Positions 8,538-17,901 of a stretch of 64,000 nucleotides of DNA are shown here, in pieces. The notes below the pieces were generated by a model. The model saw only the letters and a program-made list of their open reading frames with translations, searched no databases and had not been told where the DNA came from. Location of the stretch: positions 352,001-416,000 of the forward strand of contig CAWKBC010000032.1 of the NCBI GenBank assembly GCA_963847705.1, read 5' to 3'. This DNA comes from an uncultured Pseudomonadota bacterium (GTDB lineage: Bacteria; Myxococcota_A; Polyangia; Fen-1088). Made by a program: the position numbers and the translations under genes. Each line of letters starts with the position of its first letter. Position 1 is the first letter of the stretch.

Positions 8538-10049
8538 ATGCGCGAAGCGACCGGCCTTCCTTCCGCCCACGATCCGCGCTGGACGCTGGTGGTGGCGATC
8601 CTGGGATCGAGCATGGCGTTCCTGGACAGCACGGTCGTCAACGTCGCCCTCCCGGTCATGCAGCGGAGCCTGGGTGCCACGGTCGGTCAGCTGCAGTGGG
8701 TGGTCGAGGCCTACGCGCTCCTGCTGGCGTCGCTGGTCCTGGTGGGCGGCGCGCTCGGCGATCGGCTGGGACGGCGGGCGGTCTTCTCGGCGGGGGTGGT
8801 GATGTTCGCGATCGCCTCGGCGGCCTGCGGCGCCGCGCCGGGGATCGGGCTCCTCATCGCCGCCCGGGCCATTCAGGGCGCGGGCGCGGCGCTCCTCGTC
8901 CCGGGAAGCCTGGCCCTCATCAGCGCCAGCTTTCCCGCCGAGAAGCGCGGCGCCGCCATCGGCACCTGGTCGGCCTGGAGCGCCATCACCGCGTCGGCCG
9001 GGCCGGTGGCCGGCGGCTGGGTCGCCTCGCACGCCTCCTGGCGCTGGCTCTTCTTCTTCAACGTCCCGATCGCGACGGTGGTGGTGGCCCTGGCGGCGCG
9101 CCGGATCACCGAGTCGCGCGATCCGCAGGCCTCGGCCCGGCTCGATCTGGCGGGCGCGGCGCTGGCGACGCTCGGGCTCGGCCTGGTCGTCTACGCGCTC
9201 ATCGACGCCGGGCCGACCGGCATCAGCTCCCCCCGCGCCCTGGCGCTCTTGGGCCTGGGCGCCGCGGCCCTGGTCGCCTTCGTCGTCGTGGAGGCGCGCG
9301 TGACCTCACCGATGGTCCCGCTGGCGCTGTTTCACTCGCGGAGGTTCAGCGGGACGAACCTGCTCACGCTGTTGCTGTACGCGGCGCTGGGCGGCGCCCT
9401 CTTCTTCGTGCCCTTCAACCTGATTCAGGTGCAGGGCTACGCCCCGGCCGCCGCCGGCGCCGCGCTGCTCCCCTTCGTGCTGTTCGTCTCGACGATGAGC
9501 CGCTGGGCCGGCGCGCTGGCGAGCAAGCTCGGCCCGCGCGCCTTTCTCTGCGGCGGACCGCTGATCGTCGCCGCCGCGTTCGTGCTCCTGGCCCGACCCA
9601 GCGTCGGCGGCAGCTACTGGAGCACGTTCTTCCCCGGCGTCCTGACGCTGGGCCTCGGGATGGGGTTCACCGTCGCGCCCCTGACCGCGACGGTCATGGG
9701 CGCCGTCGATCCGCGGCACGCCGGCGTCGCCTCCGGGATCAACAACGCGGTCGCCAGGACCGCCGGGCTGCTGGCGGTCGCGGCGCTGGGGTTGCTGCTC
9801 GTCTACCGGTTCAATCGGGCGCTGGACGGCGCGCTCGCCCCGCTCTCGCTCGCTCCGTCGAGCGCGCATGCGGTCGATGCCGAGCGCGTTCGCCTGGGTG
9901 GCGCCGACTTCTCCGCCTTGCCCGCCGCGCTGCGCGCCCCCCTGCACGCCGCCTTCACGGCCGCCTACGTGGCGGCCTTCCGGACGCTGATGTTCGCCAG
10001 CGCCGTGCTGGCGGCACTGGCGGGCGCGGCCGGCCTCCTGGTGGTCTAA
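8538..10049 (+). CDS. DHA2 (EmrB/QacA-like) 14-TM MFS transporter
   Basis: LDSTVVNVALP, GDRLGRR, WRWLFFFNVP, AGVASGINNA. Confidence 0.9.
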   Translation: MREATGLPSAHDPRWTLVVAILGSSMAFLDSTVVNVALPVMQRSLGATVGQLQWVVEAYALLLASLVLVGGALGDRLGRRAVFSAGVVMFAIASAACGAAPGIGLLIAARAIQGAGAALLVPGSLALISASFPAEKRGAAIGTWSAWSAITASAGPVAGGWVASHASWRWLFFFNVPIATVVVALAARRITESRDPQASARLDLAGAALATLGLGLVVYALIDAGPTGISSPRALALLGLGAAALVAFVVVEARVTSPMVPLALFHSRRFSGTNLLTLLLYAALGGALFFVPFNLIQVQGYAPAAAGAALLPFVLFVSTMSRWAGALASKLGPRAFLCGGPLIVAAAFVLLARPSVGGSYWSTFFPGVLTLGLGMGFTVAPLTATVMGAVDPRHAGVASGINNAVARTAGLLAVAALGLLLVYRFNRALDGALAPLSLAPSSAHAVDAERVRLGGADFSALPAALRAPLHAAFTAAYVAAFRTLMFASAVLAALAGAAGLLVV

Positions 10050-10073
10050 GCTGGCGGTCGCGACCCGCCCGCC

Positions 10074-10910
10074 ATGCCCGAACGCTCTCAAGCCTCCCAT
10101 CTCCCGGAGACCGCCGACGGCGGAGCCGCCGGGCAGCCCATCATCGAACCGGCGCCCACCCTGGAGCTCCAGGGGGCGACCAAGCGGTACGACGGGAAAA
10201 CCGTGCTGTCGGCGCTCGATCTGCGGATCGGCCATGGCGAGACCGTCGGCCTCATCGGCCCGAGCGGCTCGGGCAAGACCACGATCCTGCGGCTGGCGCT
10301 GGGCCTCCTGACGCCGGACGCCGGCCTGGTCCGGTTCCGCGGCGCGCCGCTCGATCGGTCGAACGTGCGGGCCGCCCGCCGCCAGATGGGCTACGTCGTG
10401 CAGGACGGCGGCCTCTTCCCGCACCTCACCGCCGCGCAGAACGTCGAGCTGATGGCGCGCCACCTGCGCTGGGAGCCGGCGCGGATCGACGCGCGCCGCA
10501 GCGAGCTCGTCGAGCTGACCCGCTTTCCGGCCGACGCCCTCGAACGTTACCCGGCGCAGCTCTCGGGGGGACAGCGCCAGCGCGTGGGCCTCATGCGCGC
10601 GCTGTTTCTCGACCCCGCGCTGCTGCTCCTCGACGAGCCCCTGGGCGCCATCGATCCGCTCGTGCGCGCCGAGCTGCAGGACGATCTGTCGGCCGTCTTC
10701 GCCCGGCTCGACAAGGCGGTGATCGTCGTGACCCACGATCTCGCCGAGGCGGCGTTCTTCGCCCGGCGGCTGGTCCTCTTGCGGCAGGGGCGCGTCGTCC
10801 AGGAGGGCTCGATCGAGACCCTCCTGCGCGCGCCGGCCGAGCCGTTCGTCACCCACTTCGTGGAGGCGCAGCGGCGCCTCACGGTCACCCGGAACGGGGG
10901 GTCTCCGTGA
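10074..10910 (+). CDS. ABC transporter ATPase, osmoprotectant/quaternary-amine type
   Basis: GPSGSGKTT, GYVVQDGGLFPHLT, LSGGQRQRV, LLLDEP, VTHD. Confidence 0.9.
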   Translation: MPERSQASHLPETADGGAAGQPIIEPAPTLELQGATKRYDGKTVLSALDLRIGHGETVGLIGPSGSGKTTILRLALGLLTPDAGLVRFRGAPLDRSNVRAARRQMGYVVQDGGLFPHLTAAQNVELMARHLRWEPARIDARRSELVELTRFPADALERYPAQLSGGQRQRVGLMRALFLDPALLLLDEPLGAIDPLVRAELQDDLSAVFARLDKAVIVVTHDLAEAAFFARRLVLLRQGRVVQEGSIETLLRAPAEPFVTHFVEAQRRLTVTRNGGSP

Positions 10911-12409
10911 CGCGCGCGGCGGCCTTGGCGCTCTTCGTCGTCGTCGCGCTCGGCGCCGCCCGCGCCGCCGCCGCGCCGCCGCTCCGCGTGGGCTCGAAGG
11001 CCTTCGCCGAGTCGGTGATCCTGGGCGAGGTCGCCGGTCTGCTGGCGGCCTCCGCCGGAGCGCCGGTGGAGGATCGCCGGGCGCTGGGGGGGACGCGCCT
11101 CTGCTGGGACGCGCTGGTCGGCGGCGCGCTCGATCTGTACCCCGAGTACACCGGCACGCTGCGCGAGGAGATCCTGAGGGGCCAGCAGGCCGCCGGCGAG
11201 GACCTGGAGGCGCTGCGGACCACGCTGGCGGCGCGCGGGCTCGGCTTCATCGGACCGCTGGGGTTCGACAACCGCTACGCGCTGGCCATGCGCGAGGAGA
11301 CGGCGGCGCGCCTCGGCATCCGCGCGATCTCCCATCTCGCCCGCCACCCCGAGCTGCGCATCGACCTCAGCAACGAGTTTTTGCGCCGGCGCGACGGCTG
11401 GCCCGGCCTGGCGGCGCGCTACGCGCTCCCCGACGGGCGGGTCCAGGGGCTCGATCACGAGCTGGCGATCCGCGGCCTGGCCACCGGCGCGCTCGACGTG
11501 ACCGACATCTATTCGACGGACGCCGAGATCGCCCGCGATCGGCTTCGCGTCCTGGTCGACGATCGCGGGTTCTTCCCGCGCTACCAGGCGATCCTCCTCT
11601 ACCGCCGCGACGCCGCGGCGCGCTGGCCCGCCGCCTTCGCGGCCCTGGGCCGGCTGTCCGGGCAGATCGACGACGCCACCATGATGCGCCTCAACGCCCG
11701 CGTGAAGCTCGACAAGGTCCCCGAGCGGACCGTGGCCGCGGACTTCGTCACCGAGCGGTTCGGCGTCCGGGCGGCCCGCGCCGAAGAGGCGCGCTGGCCG
11801 GCCCTCTGGCGTCGAACGCGCGAGCACCTGGCGCTGGTCTCCCTGTCCTTGCTGGCGGCCATCCTCTGCGCGCTGCCGCTGGGCGTCCTGGCGGCGCGCC
11901 ACCGGCGCCTGGGAGAGATCGTGCTGGCCGCCGTCGGCGTCGTCCAGACCATCCCCTCGCTGGCGCTGCTGGTCTTCATGATCCCGCTGCTCGGCATCGG
12001 CGCCCGGCCGGCGACCGCGGCGCTGTTTTTCTACAGCCTGCTTCCGATCGTGCGCAACACCTACGCCGGCCTCACCTCCATTGCGGGCCCGCTGCGCGAG
12101 TCGGCGGAGGCGCTGGGGCTCTCGCGGCGCGCGATCCTCTGGCGCATCGAGCTGCCGCTGGCCTTCGGGACCATCCTGGCCGGCATCCAGAGCGCGGCCG
12201 TCATCAACATCGGCACCGCCACGCTGGGCGCGCTGGTCGGCGCGGGCGGATTCGGCCAACCGATCTTCGCCGGGATCCGGCTCGACGACGTGTCGCTGAT
12301 CCTCGAGGGGGCGATCCCGGCCTCGGCGCTGGCGCTGGTCGTCCAGGGCCTCTTCGATCTGCTCGAGCGAATCCTGGTCCCCAAAGGATTGCGCGCGGCG
12401 CCTCGCTAG
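10907..12409 (+). CDS. Fused substrate-binding + permease subunit, betaine/EgtU-like ABC importer
   Basis: GTGA overlap with the ATPase; VGSKAFAES, YPEYTGT, GFDNRYAL, YSTDA, FFPRY; permease QTIPSLAL, LLPIVRNT, IELPLA, ATLGALVGAGGFG. This is the C-terminal part of the listed 1237-aa ORF. Confidence 0.9.
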   Translation: MTRAAALALFVVVALGAARAAAAPPLRVGSKAFAESVILGEVAGLLAASAGAPVEDRRALGGTRLCWDALVGGALDLYPEYTGTLREEILRGQQAAGEDLEALRTTLAARGLGFIGPLGFDNRYALAMREETAARLGIRAISHLARHPELRIDLSNEFLRRRDGWPGLAARYALPDGRVQGLDHELAIRGLATGALDVTDIYSTDAEIARDRLRVLVDDRGFFPRYQAILLYRRDAAARWPAAFAALGRLSGQIDDATMMRLNARVKLDKVPERTVAADFVTERFGVRAARAEEARWPALWRRTREHLALVSLSLLAAILCALPLGVLAARHRRLGEIVLAAVGVVQTIPSLALLVFMIPLLGIGARPATAALFFYSLLPIVRNTYAGLTSIAGPLRESAEALGLSRRAILWRIELPLAFGTILAGIQSAAVINIGTATLGALVGAGGFGQPIFAGIRLDDVSLILEGAIPASALALVVQGLFDLLERILVPKGLRAAPR

Positions 12410-12539
12410 CGCCGTCGAGAGGCGGGGCTCAAAATCGCGCCGCTGGCCCAAAATGAAGACGGGCGCCGGGACGCCACGCGGTTCACCCGCGGTTCGTCGC
12501 GACGCCCATCAGACGCAGGCTATTGGTGCCTGCGAGCGA

Positions 12540-12857
12540 CTACCAGCGGCCCCGACCGCCGCCACCACCACCACCGCCGCCGCCACCGCCACGGCTTCCG
12601 CCGCCGCCCGAGCGCTCCTGAGCCTCGTTGACGTTGATCGTCCGGCCACCGAGCTCGCGCCCGCTCAGCTGCTCGACCGCCGCCTTGGCCTCCTGCTCCG
12701 TGCTCATCTCGACGAACGCGAAGCCGCGCGGACGACCGGTCTCGCGCTCCGTCACGACCTTGGCCTCGGCCACCGTGCCGATGGTCCCGAAGACCTCTCT
12801 CAGCTCGAGCTCGGTCGTGTTGTACGAGAGGTTGCCAACATAAAGACGTCTACCCAT
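12540..12857 (-). CDS. RRM RNA-binding protein with Gly-rich tail
   Basis: RNP2 LYVGNL, RNP1 RGFAFVEM; AGGAG RBS upstream of ATG 12857. Confidence 0.95.
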   Translation of the reverse strand: MGRRLYVGNLSYNTTELELREVFGTIGTVAEAKVVTERETGRPRGFAFVEMSTEQEAKAAVEQLSGRELGGRTINVNEAQERSGGGGSRGGGGGGGGGGGGRGRW

Positions 12858-13108
12858 GTGTTCGATTCTCCTGCGTGAAACCCGGCGGAAACTGCCGCCG
12901 TGCAGAGCCTCAAGCGTGCCGACGATCGACCTCGAACGAACGGCAGGCGAAGCTCCGACGCAGAGACGAAAACCCGGACCAAAAAAGGACGTGGAAGCTT
13001 GTAGCACAAGTGTCGCCGCCCCGCCATCGCACCCCGCGCTCGAGGTGGTGAAAACCAGGGATTTCACCGAGGTTCCAGCGGCCGAACGCCGACGCATATC
13101 TTCCGTCC

Positions 13109-13930
13109 ATGGGAACCATCAAGACCAAGGACGGGACAGAGATCTACTTCAAAGACTGGGGGAGCGGACCGCCGGTCGTCTTCAGCCACGGCTGGCCGCT
13201 CAGCGCGGACGCCTTCGAGGACCAGATGTTCTATCTCTGCTCGCGCGGCTATCGCTGCATCGCCCACGATCGCCGCGGCCACGGCCGATCGAGCCAGCCC
13301 TGGAACGGCAACGACCTCGACACCTACGCCGACGACCTGGCGGAGCTGACCGCGGCGCTCGACCTGAAAGGCGCGATTCACGTCGGCCACTCGACGGGCG
13401 GCGGCGAGGTGGCCCGCTACATCGGCCGCCACGGCACCAAGCGGGTGGCCAAGGCCGTCCTGATCGGCGCCATTCCGCCGCTCATGCTGAAGACGGCGGC
13501 CAATCCGGGCGGCCTGCCCCTCGAGGTCTTCGATCAGCTGCGGGCCTCGGTGGTCGCCGACCGACCGCAGTTCTGGAAGGATCTCAGCCTGCCGTTTTAT
13601 GGCTACAACCGCCCCGGCGCCAAGGTGTCGGAAGGGGTGCGCGAGTCGTTCGTGCTGCAAAGCAGCCTGGCCGGCTTCCCCGCCTCCTACTTCTGCATCA
13701 AGGCCTTCTCCGAGACCGACCTGACCGAGGATCTGAAGAAGTTCGACGTGCCGACGCTGATCCTGCATGGCGACGACGACCAGATCGTCCCCATCGGCGC
13801 CTCCGCCCTGCTCTCCTCCAAGATCATCAAGAACGCCACGCTCAAGATCTACAAGGGCGCGCCGCACGGCATGTGCACGACGCTCAAGCACCAGGTCAAC
13901 GAGGAGCTGCTCAGCTTCCTCAAAGGCTGA
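13109..13930 (+). CDS. cpo: Alpha/beta hydrolase, non-heme chloroperoxidase (perhydrolase) family
   Basis: [37 protein letters not shown]. Confidence 0.9.
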   Translation: MGTIKTKDGTEIYFKDWGSGPPVVFSHGWPLSADAFEDQMFYLCSRGYRCIAHDRRGHGRSSQPWNGNDLDTYADDLAELTAALDLKGAIHVGHSTGGGEVARYIGRHGTKRVAKAVLIGAIPPLMLKTAANPGGLPLEVFDQLRASVVADRPQFWKDLSLPFYGYNRPGAKVSEGVRESFVLQSSLAGFPASYFCIKAFSETDLTEDLKKFDVPTLILHGDDDQIVPIGASALLSSKIIKNATLKIYKGAPHGMCTTLKHQVNEELLSFLKG

Positions 13931-13985
13931 CGGTCCGAAGCTCGACGGTCGACTCGCGGGCGCCGGCCTGGTAAGTCACGGGGAA

Positions 13986-14327
13986 ATGGCCGGCGCCCAA
14001 TCAGCCTCCACCGATCTCGATCGGCAGCAGCTGCGGGCCAAGCTCGAACGGCACGAGCCGTTCAAGCTGGTGATGGCCTCCAGCGACTGGGCGTTTCGAG
14101 CCAAGCACATTCCTGGCTCGATCCACTTCAAGACCCCCGAGGAGATGTTCGCCGCGCTCGGCAAGGACGAGGAGATCGTCGTCTACTGCTCGAACCTCGA
14201 CTGCCACGCCAGCCTGGCGACGATCCAGAAGCTGCGCGCGCAGGGCTACCAGAACGTCCGCCACTACCCGGGAGGTCTCATCGACTGGGAGGCCGGAGGC
14301 CTCCCGCTCGAGGGCGACTGGACCTAG
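13986..14327 (+). CDS. Single-domain rhodanese-like protein
   Basis: HIPGS, IVVYCSNLDC, YPGGLIDW. Confidence 0.85.
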   Translation: MAGAQSASTDLDRQQLRAKLERHEPFKLVMASSDWAFRAKHIPGSIHFKTPEEMFAALGKDEEIVVYCSNLDCHASLATIQKLRAQGYQNVRHYPGGLIDWEAGGLPLEGDWT

Positions 14328-14328
14328 G

Positions 14329-15366
14329 TTGACGCGCATGTCCGACTCCACGACGACGACCGCTTCCGGCAGCCCCACGCGCGGCCAGGATCCCTGGCCG
14401 CGGCTCGACATCGGCGGCGGCGCCGAGACCAGCCAGTCGCTGCTCTTCTGGGGACAGATCCTGGGGAAGACGCGCCTGGCGCTCTCCCCGATGGTCAACC
14501 ACTGGTGGCAGGTCTCGCTGCGGCTGACGGCCCGGGGCCTGACCACCACCGCGATGCCGGTCGACCAGCGCCTCCTGGACGTCGAGCTCGATCTCATCGA
14601 CCACCGCCTGGTCGCACGGACCAGCGACGGAGGCATCGAGTCGATGAGCCTCTGCGACCAGCCGCTCGCGACCTTCTACGCCGACTACATGCGGCTCCTC
14701 GGGAAGCTCGGCGTGCGGGTGGAGATCTCGCCCATGGCCGTGGAGATCCCCGACCGCGTGTTGCTCGATCGGGACGCGCGCCTCTGTCGTTACGACGGCG
14801 ACTGGGCGAACCGATTTTTCCGCGCGCTTCTCCAGGCCGATCGGCTGCTCAAGCAGTTTCGCGGGCGATTTCAGGGCAAGGCCAGCCCGGTCCACTTCTT
14901 CTGGGGGGCGGGCGATCTGGCGGCGACGCGCTTTTCGGGGCGCCCGGCTCCGCTGCACCCCGGCGGGATCCCCCACGTCAGCGACGCGGTGATGCAGGAG
15001 GCGTACTCGCAAGAGGTGAGCAGCGCCGGCTTCTGGGCGGGAGACGCCCGGTTTCCCGAGGCGGCGTTCTACGCCTACGCCTACCCGGCCCCCGCCGGCT
15101 TCGCCGAGGCGGCCGTTCAGCCCGCCGCCGCCCGCTTCGAGCCGGCGCTGGGCGAGTTCGTGCTCCCCTACGCCGCGGTCCGCAGCGCGCCCGATCCCTC
15201 GGCGGCGGTCCTGGCCTTCTTGCAAAGCACCTACGAGGCTGCCGCGGAGCTCGGGAAGTGGGAGCGTGCGCGGCTCGAACGAAACGACGGAACCATCCAG
15301 GCGAACGCGGTAAACCAGAACGCCCGCCCGTCGCCCGGCGCGGCCCAACCACCAACGAGGTCATGA
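14329..15366 (+). CDS. DUF5996 family protein (start TTG 14329 or ATG 14338)
   Basis: QILGKTRL..NHWW, GKASPVHFFWG..DLA.TRFSGR.AP.HPGG, EAYSQEVSSAGFW, FLQSTY. Confidence 0.85.
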   Translation: MTRMSDSTTTTASGSPTRGQDPWPRLDIGGGAETSQSLLFWGQILGKTRLALSPMVNHWWQVSLRLTARGLTTTAMPVDQRLLDVELDLIDHRLVARTSDGGIESMSLCDQPLATFYADYMRLLGKLGVRVEISPMAVEIPDRVLLDRDARLCRYDGDWANRFFRALLQADRLLKQFRGRFQGKASPVHFFWGAGDLAATRFSGRPAPLHPGGIPHVSDAVMQEAYSQEVSSAGFWAGDARFPEAAFYAYAYPAPAGFAEAAVQPAAARFEPALGEFVLPYAAVRSAPDPSAAVLAFLQSTYEAAAELGKWERARLERNDGTIQANAVNQNARPSPGAAQPPTRS

Positions 15367-15367
15367 G

Positions 15368-15697
15368 ATGCCCGATTCCTGCGAACACCTGGACCAAGCG
15401 TCGAAGCGCACCGCCGGCGCCAAGCCGAGCGGCCACGGCTGCAAGGAGTGCCTCGCCACCGGGGGCGTCTGGGTCCATCTGCGGCTCTGCCTCACCTGCG
15501 GCCACGTCGGCTGCTGCGACAACTCGCCGCACCGCCACGCGACCAAGCACTTCCACCAGACGCAGCACCCGGTGATCCGCTCGTACGAGCCCGGCGAAGA
15601 GTGGGGCTACTGCTATCCGCACGACCTGTTCGTCGAGGAGCTCCCCGCCCGCCCGGGCGAGCGCGCCGCCCGCCACTACGACCCGCCGGGCGAGTAG
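15368..15697 (+). CDS. UBP-type zinc-finger protein
   Basis: CEH..CKEC..WVHLRLCLTCGHVGCCDNSP..HATKHF..HP..WGYCY. Confidence 0.92.
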   Translation: MPDSCEHLDQASKRTAGAKPSGHGCKECLATGGVWVHLRLCLTCGHVGCCDNSPHRHATKHFHQTQHPVIRSYEPGEEWGYCYPHDLFVEELPARPGERAARHYDPPGE

Positions 15698-15782
15698 GGC
15701 CTGGGGCGCCTTCAGCGCCACGTCGTCGGGCCACGCTGTCGTTCGCTGCGCTCACCGTCGCCCGGCGGCGACGCCCTCCTGA

Positions 15783-16874
15783 CTAGCGCTCCCAGGGGAG
15801 GCTGGGGGGCGGCGTTCCCGGCTTGGGCGGCGCGGCGACGAAGACGACCGTCTTCATCTGGCGGGCGCGCAGCTCGGCGAGCAGGTGCGGCAGAACGATC
15901 ACCGTCTGCTCGTGGATGTCGTGGAAGAGGATGATCCCGTGCTGGGCGCGATCGAGCTCGGCGAGGACGTTCAGGAACAGCGCGTGGGGATCGCGAATCT
16001 TCCAGTCCTGCGAGTCCATGTTCCAGAAGACCGTGGTGTTGCCGTGCTTCTGAACGAAGTTCTGCTCCTGCGGCGTCTTGGCCCCGTACGGAAAGCGAAA
16101 GAACGGCAGCTCGCCCGGCTTCAGCCCCAGCGCCGCCGAGACGCTGGCGTCGCCTGATTCCATCTCCACCTCGGCGTGCGGCTCGGCGAGGCGCGACATG
16201 TTGGGATGGCTGAAGGTGTGCGACCCGATGGTGTGGCCGCCCGCCAGCACCCGCCGCGCGATCTCCGGGTGGGCCGCCGCGTTTCGGCCGATCTCGAAGA
16301 ACGTCGCCTTGATCCCGGCGTCGGCCAGGATCTGCAGGACGCGCGGCGTGCGGGTGACGTGCGGGCCGTCGTCGAAGGTGAGCGCGATCTGGCCCGCCGG
16401 CAGATCGCCGTCGTGGAGGATCCCGTCCCGGCTGGTGTCGACCACGACGGCGACGCTCGGCAACGTCGCCACGGCGCCGAGGGGGTGCGCCAGCGCGAGC
16501 CGCTTCTCCGCACCCTTCCAGTAAGCAGCTGTGCGCAGCAGCAGCGCCGGCGCGCAGGGGAGATGCCTGGCGTGCTCGGGCTTGCGGATCTCGTCCTCGA
16601 ACAGCTCCAGCTCGTCGTCGGGGAGCAGCGTCAACTCCTGACAGAGCTCCGCCCAGCCTCGATCACTCTCCAGAAGGTGAACCCGCTCGACGATCTGGGA
16701 CGGTTGAAACGGAGACTGCTGGTAATCGTCCAGCGTCGGGTGGACCGCGAGCTCTGGCTTGGCGCGACGCACCTGCTGCCGGAGCGTCCCCAGCGGGGCG
16801 CCGGGCGTGGGAGGGAGAGGGCCGGCGGCCAGCAGGGCCCCGCTGAGCGCCAACGGAACGAGTCGGGTGAACAT
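15783..16874 (-). CDS. Exported polysaccharide deacetylase (NodB/CE4)
   Basis: Signal peptide; LTFDDGP, HTFSH, RFPYG, DSQDW, LFHD. Confidence 0.9.
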   Translation of the reverse strand: MFTRLVPLALSGALLAAGPLPPTPGAPLGTLRQQVRRAKPELAVHPTLDDYQQSPFQPSQIVERVHLLESDRGWAELCQELTLLPDDELELFEDEIRKPEHARHLPCAPALLLRTAAYWKGAEKRLALAHPLGAVATLPSVAVVVDTSRDGILHDGDLPAGQIALTFDDGPHVTRTPRVLQILADAGIKATFFEIGRNAAAHPEIARRVLAGGHTIGSHTFSHPNMSRLAEPHAEVEMESGDASVSAALGLKPGELPFFRFPYGAKTPQEQNFVQKHGNTTVFWNMDSQDWKIRDPHALFLNVLAELDRAQHGIILFHDIHEQTVIVLPHLLAELRARQMKTVVFVAAPPKPGTPPPSLPWER

Positions 16875-16927
16875 CTCCCGCTATCGTAAGCGATCGGCGT
16901 CGCCGATCGACGAGCGGCCGGTCGGTG

Positions 16928-17464
16928 TCAGCCCGGACGCGGCCGGAGCGGACCAGGGGCTTCGCACAACGGGCAGCGGTCCGTCGGAGCGGCCACGGTC
17001 TTCCGGCAGGCACGGCACTCGGCGCGGACGCCGTGAAAGCCGTCGTCGTGCGGCTCGGTCGAGCTGCGCGCCCTGTCGGCGCGCTTTCCTTCGTAGGAGA
17101 CGCGGGCGGGTAGAAACGCCAGGTAGCGGAGCTCCTCGCAGCCGCAGTCCGGGTCGGCGCAGGCCGCCGGGACGGGCCATTGATTCGGTCTGGCCAGCGC
17201 GCGGGCCAGGCCGCCGGGCGCATGGCAGCGCGGGCAGAGGTCGCTGCCGAAGAGCCGGCGCCGGCACCCGGCGCAGGTGACGGCGTAGACGCCGTCCACG
17301 AACTTTTCGCCGTCGTAGGCCCAGCTCACGCGCCCGACCGGCTCGCCGCCCAGGAAGGTAATCACGCCGTCGACGTAGGTCTCGAAGATCAGCGTCGTGC
17401 CGCCGCAGCCGCCGCAGCCGGCGGCGATCAGCCGCTCGAGCGCCGTTTCGTCGAGCTCACCCAT
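16928..17464 (-). CDS. Cys-rich multi zinc-ribbon hypothetical protein
   Basis: Six CxxC-type pairs arranged in two similar halves. Confidence 0.7.
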   Translation of the reverse strand: MGELDETALERLIAAGCGGCGGTTLIFETYVDGVITFLGGEPVGRVSWAYDGEKFVDGVYAVTCAGCRRRLFGSDLCPRCHAPGGLARALARPNQWPVPAACADPDCGCEELRYLAFLPARVSYEGKRADRARSSTEPHDDGFHGVRAECRACRKTVAAPTDRCPLCEAPGPLRPRPG

Positions 17465-17559
17465 CGGTCGACCCTACCGGATCTGCGCGCGCCGTGGGGC
17501 CCCGAATCAGGTTTCTCCCGGCTTGCCCGCCGCCGATCGCGGACACACAGCCGAGAGAG

Positions 17560-17901
17560 GTGATCGACGATCCGCGCATGCTGCAGGCCAACGAGCGGAC
17601 GCTGCTCGCCTGGCTGCGCACCGGCGTCTCGCTGATCACCTTCGGCTTCGTGATCTCCAGGACCAGCCTCTGGTTGAGAAGGAGCGAGCCGCGGTGGACG
17701 GCCCTCGGCGGCGACCTGATCGGCGCGGCGTTCGTCCTCCTGGGCGCGATCACCGAGGCGATCGGCGTCATCCGCTACCTGCGCATCCGCCGGGCCCTGC
17801 TGGCCGGCCAGCCGATCCCCGTCGGGGCGATGGAGATCGTAGCGATCGGCGTGGCCGTGGCGCTGTTCGGTGTCGTCCTCTGCGTCTACGCGCTGCTGTG
17901 A
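17560..17901 (+). CDS. DUF202/YidH membrane protein
   Basis: DPR..ANERTLLAWLRTG..FGF; GTG start 17560 after a purine-rich RBS. Confidence 0.88.
   Translation: MIDDPRMLQANERTLLAWLRTGVSLITFGFVISRTSLWLRRSEPRWTALGGDLIGAAFVLLGAITEAIGVIRYLRIRRALLAGQPIPVGAMEIVAIGVAVALFGVVLCVYALL

Noticed and set aside
8696-12409. 1237-aa ORF as one giant protein
   Set aside because: Its first 737 or so codons are an Arg/Gly-rich shadow frame over the MFS and ATPase; the real gene starts at GTG 10907.
13986-14327. Rhodanese as EanB-type anaerobic ergothioneine synthase
   Set aside because: It is a single 113-aa domain, far smaller than multi-domain EanB, and EgtB is present.
16928-17464. CPRCH as a c-type heme site
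   Set aside because: No signal peptide; the equivalent repeat has CPLCE, so it is one of the CxxC pairs.
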